DNA of 64,000 nt from an uncultured Solirubrobacterales bacterium (GTDB lineage Bacteria; Actinomycetota; Thermoleophilia; Solirubrobacterales; 70-9). Made by a program: the position numbers and the translations under genes. Shown one piece after another: positions 19,805-29,227 of the stretch. Every line of letters starts with the position of its first letter. Within the stretch, counting starts at the first letter, position 1. The DNA is taken from the NCBI GenBank assembly GCA_963736685.1, contig CAVTPZ010000017.1, positions 9,607-73,606 of the forward strand. Direction: 5' to 3'. The notes under the pieces were generated by a model, which worked only from the letters and a program-made list of their open reading frames with translations, did not search any database and was not told the origin of the DNA.

Positions 19805-19835
19805 CACTCGACCCGCGATTAGCGCGGGTCGAGTG
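19805..19835 (+). terminator. Hairpin 2 (13-bp perfect stem)
   Basis: CACTCGACCCGCG, loop ATTAG, CGCGGGTCGAGTG. There is no U-tract. Confidence 0.5.
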
Positions 19836-20007
19836 CTATCTGGGGTCGCGTCACCGGTGACGGCTGGTCGGGCCAAGCCCCGGGCGGCGTAGAGATTTCG
19901 CTAGATCGCAGATGCAAAGCCGAAAACGGGCGCTGGGGGCACTACTGTGGGTCGCGGTGTGCCGGGAAGGCTGGTCGGCAATTCGTCGTCGACCCCCAAG
20001 GAGCGCA

Positions 20008-21414
20008 ATGGCTTCGCCCGGTACCACCGCCTCCCCCCCGCCCTCGACTGCGACCACCGTTCTCGTGCGAGGCGGGAAGGTCGCGCTCTTCTTCGCCTTC
20101 GCCTTCGCGGTGATGGCGGACCCGGTCTCCTCGGTCGCCTATGCGATCGAGGCGGCGCTGCGGGCGCTCAACGGCCACCTCGAGCTGCTGATGGCGACGA
20201 TGTCGATCGTGGTCGGGATCATCGCCCTGGTCACGCTCAACTACTGGCAGCTGGTCAGAGCCTTCCCCGAAGGAGGGGGCTCGCCGGAAGCCGCCGGCAG
20301 GGCCTTCGGAGAGGAATGGTCCTTTCTCCCGATCGGCGCGCTGATCGTCGACTTCGCGCTGACGATCGCGATCTCCATCGCGGCCGCGGGGAGCGCGCTG
20401 ATCGCCTACGTCCCCGCCCTCGCGCCCGAGCGAATTCCCCTCGCAATGGCTCTCCTCGCCCTCGTCGCCGGGTTGACCTGGTTCGGACACGGCGGCCGCC
20501 TGATCTTCGCCCTGATGACGAGCCTCTTCATTGTCGCGAGCCTCATCGTGTTGGCGGCGGGCTGGACCTCGCCGGCCACCGCGCATGCCCAAGCGCCGCT
20601 CACCGGATCCGCCAGCCCGGCACTGGTCGCCGTGATCTTCGCCTTCCCGGTGGCGATGGCCCTCGCCACAGGCACCGAGGCCCCGGCGACCTCGATCGCC
20701 CAGCTCGGGCAGCTCGACAACCGGGGCCGCTGGCACTTCGGGCGCGGCACGCTCGGGCTGACGATCCTGATCGTCGGCAGCCTCACCCTGGGCCTGACCG
20801 CCTTGGCGGTCCATCTCAACGTCGGCATCCCGGGGAGCGACGACACCCAGATCAGCAACCTCGCCAAGGCCGCCGTCGGCGACGGAGGCCTGTTCGGCTT
20901 CTTCCAGCTCTCCAGCAGCGTGCTGCTGCTCGCCGCCGCCGCGTCCTCGTTTCAGGCCGGTCCAGGCCTGCTGAAGGCGCTCGCGCGAACCTCGCCGGGC
21001 GGCACGCCAGGGCTCCTTCCCGGCCGACTGGCGCGCACCAACCAGCACCACACCCCGGTACTGGCGGTGATCGTCTACGCACTGATCTCGGCCGTCATCA
21101 TCCTCGCCGCCAACGGCCAGGAGCAGGAGCTGGTGCTGGTCTACGCCGTAGCGGTCTTCGTCAGCTTCCTTGCCGGGCTGCTCGCGATGGCGCGTTTCTC
21201 GCGGAGGCAGGGAAAGTGGCCGCTGTTCACGATCAACCTGATCGCCGCCGTGGTGGTCGCCTTCACGCTGGTGGTCAACCTGGCTCGCGGCTATCCGCTG
21301 ATCTCAATCGTCGGCACAGTCCTGATCGGCGGCTTTCTCTGGAACCGGTGGGTGCGCGCCGGCAGACCTCGCGGAATCGAGGCGGTGGAGCGGACGGCCG
21401 AAGGCGACGACTGA
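20008..21414 (+). CDS. APC-superfamily-like polytopic membrane transporter
   Basis: AAGGAG precedes the ATG at 20008. It has more than 10 TM segments. The family assignment is tentative. Confidence 0.65.
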   Translation: MASPGTTASPPPSTATTVLVRGGKVALFFAFAFAVMADPVSSVAYAIEAALRALNGHLELLMATMSIVVGIIALVTLNYWQLVRAFPEGGGSPEAAGRAFGEEWSFLPIGALIVDFALTIAISIAAAGSALIAYVPALAPERIPLAMALLALVAGLTWFGHGGRLIFALMTSLFIVASLIVLAAGWTSPATAHAQAPLTGSASPALVAVIFAFPVAMALATGTEAPATSIAQLGQLDNRGRWHFGRGTLGLTILIVGSLTLGLTALAVHLNVGIPGSDDTQISNLAKAAVGDGGLFGFFQLSSSVLLLAAAASSFQAGPGLLKALARTSPGGTPGLLPGRLARTNQHHTPVLAVIVYALISAVIILAANGQEQELVLVYAVAVFVSFLAGLLAMARFSRRQGKWPLFTINLIAAVVVAFTLVVNLARGYPLISIVGTVLIGGFLWNRWVRAGRPRGIEAVERTAEGDD

Positions 21415-21440
21415 CGGTCCGAACTATCGTCCGCGCGGAG

Positions 21441-21863
21441 ATGAGCGACGAACGTCACAGCTACCGGTCTCACCTGAAGACGGCGGTGGCGACCAGCGCA
21501 GCTCCCTATGGATACACACTGACGATCTGGACCTCCGGCGCAGTGACGACGCATTCCCGTGGCATCCCCACGGCGTGGGAGGCCCTGCTCTTTCTCGCCG
21601 GTGCCGTGCTCGGCTTTGGAGTCACGGCGGCCTTGGCCTACGGGCGTCCGAGTGAGATTCTCGCTTCGAGGGAGCACGGCACGGTGCGCCTTTGGGGCGG
21701 CTTCCACCTGGTCTCGGTCGGGCTCGCGATCGGCGGAGCGGCGCTCGTCACGGCGACGGTGAAGGACCCGGTTGCCTGGATGATCGTCGGCTTCGTCGCG
21801 ACGTTCGTGTACCTGGTCGTGATCGCCGGCCAGTTCACGTTGGCGGATTCCCACGGGGGGTGA
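21441..21863 (+). CDS. Hypothetical 4-TM membrane protein
   Basis: The ATG at 21441 is within ORF 19947..21863. Sequence is hydrophobic with good GC3. Confidence 0.55.
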   Translation: MSDERHSYRSHLKTAVATSAAPYGYTLTIWTSGAVTTHSRGIPTAWEALLFLAGAVLGFGVTAALAYGRPSEILASREHGTVRLWGGFHLVSVGLAIGGAALVTATVKDPVAWMIVGFVATFVYLVVIAGQFTLADSHGG

Positions 21864-21893
21864 TCCCACCCTCGGCGGGTATGGCCGGCGCCG

Positions 21894-23360
21894 CTAGCGC
21901 GGGTCCAGCACCTCGGTTGCACGCACGAATTCGCGCCAGCGCTCGTGCTCCGTTGAGCGCCAGTTCTCGTCCTGCTGAGCGTCGACGCTGCGGTCGGCGG
22001 GAAGCATCTCGGGCAGGTCGGCGAGCGAGCCGATCACCCCTGCCCCAACTCCGGCCAGAGCCGCCGCGCCCAGGACCGTGGCATCGGCGCCGGCGGCCTC
22101 TACCGGCGCGCCGATCATGTCCGCCTGGAGCTGGAGCAGCAGCGGCTCGTTGGTGAGGCCGCCGTCGACGCGCAGCCTCTCGATCGGGGATGTCTCCTGG
22201 ATCGCCGCGACCACATCGGCGACGCGCCACGCGATCCCCTCCAGAGCCGCCCGGGCCACCATTTCGCGGGTCGTCCCCCCGTAGATACCCGAGATCACGG
22301 CACGGGCGTTGGGCCGCCACCAGGGGGCGCCGACCCCGGCGAGCCCCGGAAGCACCCGGGCCCCTGCGGAGCTCTCCGCCCCGCGGGCCAGTTTGCTGAG
22401 CTCGGGAGGGCTCTCCGCGATGCCGAGCTGGTTGCACATCCATTCGAGCATCGCCCCGGCGGCGAAGACACCGCCGTCGAGCGCGTACTCGAGCCTGCCG
22501 TCGATGCTCCAGGCGACGGTGGGAAGCAGGCCCCCGGCGGGCTTCGGCACTTCCGCGCCGACGTGGGCGAGCACGAAGACGCCGGTGCCGTAGGTGGCCT
22601 TGACCCGGCCGGGCTCCACGCAGGCGGCGCCTGCGAGGGCCGCCTGCTGGTCGACCACCTGCCCCCGGAAGGGCAGCTCGACGGGCCAGCTCTCGTGCTT
22701 CATCGTGCCGAGGTCGCCGGCTGTCTCGCGGATCTCGGGGAGGACCTCCATGGGAATGCCGAAGATCTCGCAGAGGCGCTCGTCCCAGCCCGGCCTGTCG
22801 ATCCGCTGGAGCTGGGTACGCGACGCGGTGGCCGGTTCGGTCGCGAAGCCGGCGCCGAGCTGGTCGCAGAGGAAGGAGTCGACGGTCCCCATCCGCAGGC
22901 GGCCGTCCTCGCGCGCCTTCTTCACGTCGTCGTCGTTCTTCAGCAGCCAGGCCAGCTTCGCCGCCGAGAAGTACGGGTCGAAGGGCAGGCCGCTGAGCTC
23001 CTTGACCTCATCCTCCTCCTCCGTGAGAGTGTCCAGCACCTCCTGGGAGCGCTTGTCCTGCCAGACGACGATCGGGCTGAGCGGTTTCCCGGTCTCCGAG
23101 TCCCAGGCGAGCACCGATTCGCCCTGATGGTCCAGCCCGCATGCGATCACATCGCCGTCCGCGTCATCGAGCAGCTCGGCCACCGACTCGGTGACGGCGG
23201 CGATCACCTCCTCGCCGTCCTGCTCCACCCAGCCCTCACGCGGATGGCGGTTCACCTTGTCGCGGCGCGCTTCCCCGACCGGCTGGAGCCGCTGGTCGAA
23301 GAGCGCGGCCTTGACGCCGGTGGTCCCTTCGTCGATGCCGAGCAACATCCCGTCGCTCAT
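21894..23360 (-). CDS. glpK: Glycerol kinase (FGGY family)
   Basis: N-terminal GIDEGTTGVKA, motif WVEQDGEEV, and an FGGY C-terminal domain. Confidence 0.85.
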   Translation of the reverse strand: MSDGMLLGIDEGTTGVKAALFDQRLQPVGEARRDKVNRHPREGWVEQDGEEVIAAVTESVAELLDDADGDVIACGLDHQGESVLAWDSETGKPLSPIVVWQDKRSQEVLDTLTEEEDEVKELSGLPFDPYFSAAKLAWLLKNDDDVKKAREDGRLRMGTVDSFLCDQLGAGFATEPATASRTQLQRIDRPGWDERLCEIFGIPMEVLPEIRETAGDLGTMKHESWPVELPFRGQVVDQQAALAGAACVEPGRVKATYGTGVFVLAHVGAEVPKPAGGLLPTVAWSIDGRLEYALDGGVFAAGAMLEWMCNQLGIAESPPELSKLARGAESSAGARVLPGLAGVGAPWWRPNARAVISGIYGGTTREMVARAALEGIAWRVADVVAAIQETSPIERLRVDGGLTNEPLLLQLQADMIGAPVEAAGADATVLGAAALAGVGAGVIGSLADLPEMLPADRSVDAQQDENWRSTEHERWREFVRATEVLDPR

Positions 23361-23370
23361 GGGCCCAACC

Positions 23371-24606
23371 CTATTTCACCGCCACGATCACGGGGCCCGC
23401 TTCAGCATCAACCTGCGCGGTCCAGTTGGCCGGAATGTATGAAGAGCGTCCCGGCACCAGGCGGCCGACCCGTCCGCTCCACAGCTCGCGACCGCCCTGG
23501 CGGACCTGCAGGCGGGCGCGCCGGACGAATTCCGTCGACCGGAAGAGGAACCGGTCGCGCGGCGGCGGATGCCCCGTGGACAGCAGCAGGTTGGGCGCGA
23601 CCCAGGCCAGGGGGCTTTGCGAGGCCAGCCTGATGTGGGACGGCCATTCGCCGGGGCCCCGCAGGTACGCCGCAACCGCCGGCGCGACGTGCCGCCCGTC
23701 GAGCGCGCAGACATCAGCGGTCTCGGCGGGGTGAAGAAGATTCCCGGCAGCGAAGACTCCCCGGCGGGTCGTCCGCAGCGCCGGATCGATGAGCGGGCCG
23801 AGACTGCCCGGGTCGAGCTCACATCCCGCCATCACCGCGAGCTCGTGGTCCGGAATCCAGTCCGCGGTGAAGACGACCAGGTCGCATTCGACCGTCCGGC
23901 TCAGCCCGGACTCGACCTCGGTCAACTCGACCGACTCCACCCGCTCGGCGCCGTGAATTGCGCTCACCCTGGTCCCGGTCCAGACCGGAGCCCGATAGCG
24001 AACCGCGGCCCCCGCCCTGAAGGCCCGCAGCGTCTGATGATGCGGCAGCTCAGTGACCAGTCCCGCCACCGACGCCCCGCCGTGCGCCAGGGTCGCGACC
24101 GCCGAGAAGCTGACGTGCTCGGCGCCGACGATCACCGCCCTTCGTCCCACCTTCTTGCCACGCATGTGGACGAGCTGCTGGAGGGTCGCGGTCGTCATCA
24201 CCCCCGCGGGACGCGAGCCCGGCACGAGGCGCGCAGACCGCGGCCGCTCGCGGCAGCCCGTGGCGAGGACGACTGCCGGCGGTTCCAGCTCCCGACGGCC
24301 ACCGGGACCCGTCAGCTTCAGCAAGCGGTCCCCCTCCCACTCGGTGACCATCGTCTCGGCGAAAACCTCGACTCCGGCGGCTTCCGCGAGCTCGCGGTAG
24401 CGAGCCGCATAGCGAGGGCCGGAGACGACGGTCCGCAGGTCGCGCAGGCCGAAGCCTGTGTGGTCGGAGTGGCGGGGGATCCCGCCGGCCTCGCGCTCCC
24501 GCTCGATCACGGTGACCGGCGAGATGCCTTGCTCACGCAGTCCGATCGCCGCCGCCAGGCCGGATGGCCCACCCCCGACGACGACGGGCCCGTCATCGAT
24601 CGCCAT
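23371..24606 (-). CDS. FAD/NAD(P)-binding oxidoreductase (pyridine nucleotide-disulfide family)
   Basis: Has VVVGGGPSGLAAA and a second Rossmann motif VIVGAEHVS. It overlaps the upstream dehydrogenase gene by 14 nt. Confidence 0.8.
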   Translation of the reverse strand: MAIDDGPVVVGGGPSGLAAAIGLREQGISPVTVIEREREAGGIPRHSDHTGFGLRDLRTVVSGPRYAARYRELAEAAGVEVFAETMVTEWEGDRLLKLTGPGGRRELEPPAVVLATGCRERPRSARLVPGSRPAGVMTTATLQQLVHMRGKKVGRRAVIVGAEHVSFSAVATLAHGGASVAGLVTELPHHQTLRAFRAGAAVRYRAPVWTGTRVSAIHGAERVESVELTEVESGLSRTVECDLVVFTADWIPDHELAVMAGCELDPGSLGPLIDPALRTTRRGVFAAGNLLHPAETADVCALDGRHVAPAVAAYLRGPGEWPSHIRLASQSPLAWVAPNLLLSTGHPPPRDRFLFRSTEFVRRARLQVRQGGRELWSGRVGRLVPGRSSYIPANWTAQVDAEAGPVIVAVK

Positions 24607-25966
24607 CGCGGCCCTCCATCAACTCGGCGATCTCAGCTCCGCAGAAGAAGCCCTGGCACCGGCCCATCAGGGCCCTGGTGCGGCGGCGCAGCCCGTCGGG
24701 GTCGGCGGGTGGGATGGGGCTCCTGAGCGCCGCGTCGATCTCCCCTCGGGTGACCCGCTCGCAGAAGCAGACGATCGTGCCGCCCTCTTGGTACGGGCGC
24801 TCGCCGAATTCGCCGATGTTCGGCATTTGCAGGCCGACGGACTGCGGATCCGACGCGAGGTCGAGGCCGGCGTCCGCGAGCGCCTCACGCACCCACTCCG
24901 CGATCGCCAGCGAACCGGTGATGCCCGTGGAGCGAATGCCGCCCGCGCAGACATAGCGCTGCTCGGCGTGTGCGGTGAGCTGGTAGTCGCGATGCTCCGT
25001 GGCGGCGCGCAGGCCGACGTAGGTCGCCGTGACCTCATGCCGCTCGAGTGCCGGCATGATCCGGGCCCCGGCCTTCATCAGGGAGGCGAGCCCGGCCTCG
25101 GTGGTCGAACGGTCGGTCTTGTCCGGGACGTCGTCAGCGGTCGGGCCGAGCAGGACGTTCCCGTAGATCGTCGGCGAGACCAGCACGCCCTTGGTCTTCT
25201 CCGTGGGAACCGGAAGCAGGACATGCTCGAGCAGACTGCGAGCGAGCTTGTCGAAGACGATCAGCTCGCCGCGGCGCGGGGTGACGTGAAAATTCGTGTG
25301 GCCGAGCATGGCGTCCACCTCGTCGCTGCGCAGTCCGGCCGCATTGACCAGGTACCGCGCGCGGACCGGCCCTCTCGCCGTGTCGATCTCATGGACGTCA
25401 CCGCTCGCTCGCACTCCGATGACCTCGGCGTTCAGGGCAAGCTCGCAACCGGACGCCAGCGCCTCGGTGGCATAGGCGAGCGTGGTGGTGAACGGGCAGA
25501 CGATGCCCTCGCCGGGGATCTCCAGAGCCCCCTCCGCTCCCGAGCCGATGTTCGGCTCGCGCGCGTAGAGCTCCTCGAGGTCCACGGGCCGGGCTTCCTC
25601 GTAGCCGTTCTCGCGAGCCTTCGCCTCGACCCCGGTCAGAGCCTCCCGCTGCTCACCGTTCCAGGCGATCATCAGCGCTCCGATCTCGGCAGTCGGAATC
25701 CCGACCTCGCCTGCATAGGCGCTCAGCAACTCATACCCGCGGGCAACGAGGCCCGATTCGGCCGTCCCCGGCTTGGCGTCGAAGCCCGTGTGCAGGATCG
25801 CAGTGTTGGCCTTGCTGGTGCCGGTGCCGACATCGGGCGCCGCCTCGATCAGCACGCAGTTCGTGCCGCGAAGGCTCAACTCCCGCGCGATGGCGCAACC
25901 GACCGCTCCCGCCCCGACAACGGCTACGTCGAACGGTCCTCGCGGAGCAGCACCCTGGTGGTTCAT
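24593..25966 (-). CDS. FAD-dependent glycerol-3-phosphate dehydrogenase/oxidase-like enzyme with a C-terminal BFD-like Cys motif
   Basis: ATG at 25966 (MNHQGAAP). Motifs are VAVVGAGAVGCAIA and a C-terminal CFCERVTRGEID...GRCQGFFC. Confidence 0.8.
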   Translation of the reverse strand: MNHQGAAPRGPFDVAVVGAGAVGCAIARELSLRGTNCVLIEAAPDVGTGTSKANTAILHTGFDAKPGTAESGLVARGYELLSAYAGEVGIPTAEIGALMIAWNGEQREALTGVEAKARENGYEEARPVDLEELYAREPNIGSGAEGALEIPGEGIVCPFTTTLAYATEALASGCELALNAEVIGVRASGDVHEIDTARGPVRARYLVNAAGLRSDEVDAMLGHTNFHVTPRRGELIVFDKLARSLLEHVLLPVPTEKTKGVLVSPTIYGNVLLGPTADDVPDKTDRSTTEAGLASLMKAGARIMPALERHEVTATYVGLRAATEHRDYQLTAHAEQRYVCAGGIRSTGITGSLAIAEWVREALADAGLDLASDPQSVGLQMPNIGEFGERPYQEGGTIVCFCERVTRGEIDAALRSPIPPADPDGLRRRTRALMGRCQGFFCGAEIAELMEGRDGDR

Positions 25967-26012
25967 CGGACGAACTCTGCCGCATGAGCTGTGCCTACGA
26001 TGGTGCCGCACC

Positions 26013-28151
26013 GTGAGCGAGCCCGATCCCAGGCACAGGCATCCTCTGCACGAGGCCTCGCACAGGGTCGGCGTCAAGACGCCTCCAGGATCACCCGAGG
26101 ACGACGACGGCAAGGTCCGCACGGGCCATAAGCCCGGAGCGAAGCGGACCTTCAACGAGGCGGCGCACAAGCTCGGCTACTGGCGGCCGGAGACCCTCTC
26201 CGAGAAGGACGAGGAGTCTGAGGCGGTTCGCAAGCGCTTCGAGGCGCTGAAGGACAACCAACGGGACGTGGTCGCCGACGCCGGCAAGGCTGTGCTCGCG
26301 CTCGGCGCGCTCGGCGTCGTCTACGGGGACATCGGCACCAGCCCGCTCTACACCGAGCAGGTGATCTTCACGACCCACAAAGCCGCCGCTCAGGCCACAA
26401 CAGCGGGCGTCTACGGGGTCGTCTCGCTGATCTTCTGGGCGCTGACGATCGTCGTCTCGATCAAGTACGCGGGCTTCATCATGCGGGCCCACAACCGCGG
26501 TGACGGCGGGATCATGGCTCTCGCCTCGCTGCTCCAGCGCAACCGGGTCGCGCGCAGGGCGACCCTCGTGACACTCGGGATCTTCGGGGCCGCTCTCTTC
26601 TTCGGCGACGGGATCATCACGCCCGCGATCTCGGTCCTCGGCTCGGTTCAAGGCCTGAAGGTGATCGAACCGGACCTGGCCCACCTCGTGGTGCCGATAT
26701 CGGTCGTGATCCTGCTCGGCCTCTTCTTCCTTCAGCGGCGCGGGTCGGGCACCATCGGATGGCTGTTCGGCCCGGTGATCCTGGTTTGGTTCGTCGTGAT
26801 CGGGCTCCTGGGGCTGAGCCAAGTGGTGAAGGACCCCGCGGTCTTTCAAGCGCTCTCACCCACGTGGGGGGCACGGTTCCTCCTCGACCACGGCGTGGCG
26901 GGATTCCTCACGCTCGGCGGCGTCGTGCTCGCCGTCACCGGCGCCGAGGCTCTCTATGCGGACCGCGGTCATTTCGGCGCCGCGCCGATCCGCCTCGGCT
27001 GGTTCGCGGTGGCGCTTCCCGCGCTGGTCCTCAACTATCTCGGGCAGGGCGTGGCGATCCACGACGACCCGAGCAAGGCGTCAAATCCCTTCTTCCTGAT
27101 GGCGCCGCACTGGGCTCTCTATCCCCTGCTGATCCTGGCGACCGCCGCAACGATCATCGCCTCCCAGGCGGCAATCGCCGGTTCGTTCTCGGTCGCCCGG
27201 CAGGCGGTCCAGCTGGGCTTCCTGCCCCGGCTCACCATCCGGCATCCATCCACGATGGAGGGGCAGATCTACGTCCCGATCGTCAACTGGGCGCTCTGCA
27301 TCGGGGTGATCGCACTGACCCTGATCTTCCAGTCCGCCGACAAGCTCGGCGATATCTACGGAGTGGCGGTCACCGGCACGTTCGTCCTCAACACGCTGCT
27401 CTTCCTGGCGGTGGCTCGCTTCCTCTGGGGTACTCCGAAGCGGAGGCTCGTCCCGATCGCAGTGCTGTTCCTGACGGTCGAGGTGTCTTTCTTTGCCGCC
27501 AACATCGCCAAGGTCGAGCACGGCGCCTGGCTGCCGCTCGTGGTGGCGGCCGTGGTCTCGGTGGTGATGATCAACTGGCGCCGCGGGCAGACGATCGTCA
27601 GCCGCGAGCGAACCGCCAGAGAGGGAAGCCTGACGGAGTTCCTCAGCGGCCTCGACGCACACGAGGACCCCCTGATCAACATCGTCCCCGGCGTGTCGGT
27701 CTATCTTCACCCGACCAAGGAGACGACCCCGCTCGCGCTCAGGATCGAGACGGAGCACTCCCGGACCTTCCCGAAGCGCGTCGTGATCGTCTCCGTCGAC
27801 CTGGTCAGCATCCCCAACGTGGACGAGTTCGAGCGCTTCACGGTCGAGCAGATCGGCGGCCCCTTCAGGGTCTTCCACGTGACGATCAGGGCCGGCTATC
27901 ACGACAAGGTCGATGTACCGGCGGCGCTGCGCCTCTGCCGCAAGCAGGGCCTGCTCGAGCGCAACCTGGACCTCGAGCACGCCTCGTACCACGTCTCGCG
28001 GATCGCGATCAAGCCGACCGACGACTCTCCGCTGAACAACTGGCGCAAGAGGCTGTTCGTGGTGATGGCCCGCAACGCGGCGAGCCCGATCGAGGCCTTC
28101 CACCTACCGAGCGAGGACACGGTCTACGTCGGCGAGCAGATCCCGGTCTAG
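26013..28151 (+). CDS. kup: KUP/HAK/KT potassium transporter
   Basis: Signature GVVYGDIGTSPLY, 12 TM segments and a cytoplasmic C-domain. The start is uncertain. GTG 26013 is the first in-frame start after the divergent gene, and GC3 supports coding from about 26090. Confidence 0.9.
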   Translation: MSEPDPRHRHPLHEASHRVGVKTPPGSPEDDDGKVRTGHKPGAKRTFNEAAHKLGYWRPETLSEKDEESEAVRKRFEALKDNQRDVVADAGKAVLALGALGVVYGDIGTSPLYTEQVIFTTHKAAAQATTAGVYGVVSLIFWALTIVVSIKYAGFIMRAHNRGDGGIMALASLLQRNRVARRATLVTLGIFGAALFFGDGIITPAISVLGSVQGLKVIEPDLAHLVVPISVVILLGLFFLQRRGSGTIGWLFGPVILVWFVVIGLLGLSQVVKDPAVFQALSPTWGARFLLDHGVAGFLTLGGVVLAVTGAEALYADRGHFGAAPIRLGWFAVALPALVLNYLGQGVAIHDDPSKASNPFFLMAPHWALYPLLILATAATIIASQAAIAGSFSVARQAVQLGFLPRLTIRHPSTMEGQIYVPIVNWALCIGVIALTLIFQSADKLGDIYGVAVTGTFVLNTLLFLAVARFLWGTPKRRLVPIAVLFLTVEVSFFAANIAKVEHGAWLPLVVAAVVSVVMINWRRGQTIVSRERTAREGSLTEFLSGLDAHEDPLINIVPGVSVYLHPTKETTPLALRIETEHSRTFPKRVVIVSVDLVSIPNVDEFERFTVEQIGGPFRVFHVTIRAGYHDKVDVPAALRLCRKQGLLERNLDLEHASYHVSRIAIKPTDDSPLNNWRKRLFVVMARNAASPIEAFHLPSEDTVYVGEQIPV

Positions 28152-28160
28152 GTCCCCGCT

Positions 28161-29129
28161 TCACCCGTGGGTCAGGTGAACGGCGACGAAGGCGAGGTAG
28201 AGGGAGACGAGCAGGGCGCCGTCCAGACGGTGGGCCCCGCTCGGCCTAGCGAGCACGAGGAGGGTGACAATCGTCATCCCGGTGAACCAGGCGAGGTCGA
28301 ACCTGACCAGGCCCGTCGCCCCACCGAGCCCGACCAGCAGTGCCGGAAGCATCACCCCTCCGGCGAGGTTGATCGTGTTGGAGTTGAGCGTCTCGCTGAC
28401 CAGAGCGGTCCCGCGATCGCTCGCCCCGAGCCGGATCGCGGTGAAAGCGTTCGGCAGGCTGGTCAGAACCGCGAGAATCAGGACGCCGACCACGACGGGC
28501 GAGACATCCCACTGGCCCGCGAGGGAGAGCGCCGTCCGCACCATGCCCTCAGCGCCGAGCACGATCCAGACGATGCAGAGCCCGATCAGGACGATCGCCT
28601 CACGCACCGCCTGAGGCGGTGGATCCGGGATCGCGGCGATCGCGAAGGCGCGTGCCCTCGCCTCTGCCGGGCTCGTGTGAAGGCGGCCTCGCCCGAGCAG
28701 CACCACGTACGGAACCGCCACCATCATGAAGGCGAGCACCGCCAGCCAGGCCGGGATCAGGTCCAGGATCAGTCCGCCGGCGATCAGCGCCGCCAGCAGC
28801 GCCACAGCACCCTCGACCGCGAGCGAGCGCCGTGTCAGGTGAACGGCGCCCGCGAGCAAAGCGCTCATGCCGATCATCGCCGCCAGGTTGAAGACGTTCG
28901 AGCCAAGGACGACCCCCATGCTCACGCTCTTCTCCCCCGCACTCAGGGCGATAAGCGCCGAGGCGATCTCGGGGGCATCGGCCGCGAGGGCGGTGAGCAG
29001 GCCGACGAGCGGCTCGGACAGGCCCAGCTCGGGCCCGACGTGGTCGAGCCTGTCCGCGAAGAGAGCCGCCGCGCCGAGGCAGACGGCCGCCGAGGCACAG
29101 AAGAGCGGAATGGCAAGCGCGGGGCTGAT
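28161..29129 (-). CDS. CaCA-family cation/Ca2+ exchanger (YrbG-like)
   Basis: The alpha-2 repeat (GVLILAVLTSLPNAFTAI) is present. GSNVFNL and the alpha-1 repeat (GLLTALAADAPEIASALIAL) are in the same frame upstream of the first ATG (28925). The frame is open to 29153, but there is no ATG/GTG/TTG upstream of 28931. Confidence 0.75.
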   Translation of the reverse strand: MSPALAIPLFCASAAVCLGAAALFADRLDHVGPELGLSEPLVGLLTALAADAPEIASALIALSAGEKSVSMGVVLGSNVFNLAAMIGMSALLAGAVHLTRRSLAVEGAVALLAALIAGGLILDLIPAWLAVLAFMMVAVPYVVLLGRGRLHTSPAEARARAFAIAAIPDPPPQAVREAIVLIGLCIVWIVLGAEGMVRTALSLAGQWDVSPVVVGVLILAVLTSLPNAFTAIRLGASDRGTALVSETLNSNTINLAGGVMLPALLVGLGGATGLVRFDLAWFTGMTIVTLLVLARPSGAHRLDGALLVSLYLAFVAVHLTHG

Positions 29130-29227
29130 GCGGGAGTGTCCTTCGAGGCAGGTTCAGGGACCGCCGACCAGTCTTCCCGGCACACCTGCTCGCAGGCTAA
29201 CGGTTGGCGGTCGATAACTTGCGTCGC

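Noticed and set aside
25967-26268. Possible long 5' leader or c-di-AMP (ydaO) riboswitch in front of kup, assuming a downstream GTG start near 26269.
   Set aside because: Third-codon-position G/C bias in the kup frame is already strong from about 26090. I saw none of the conserved ydaO cores. An N-terminal protein extension is the simpler reading.
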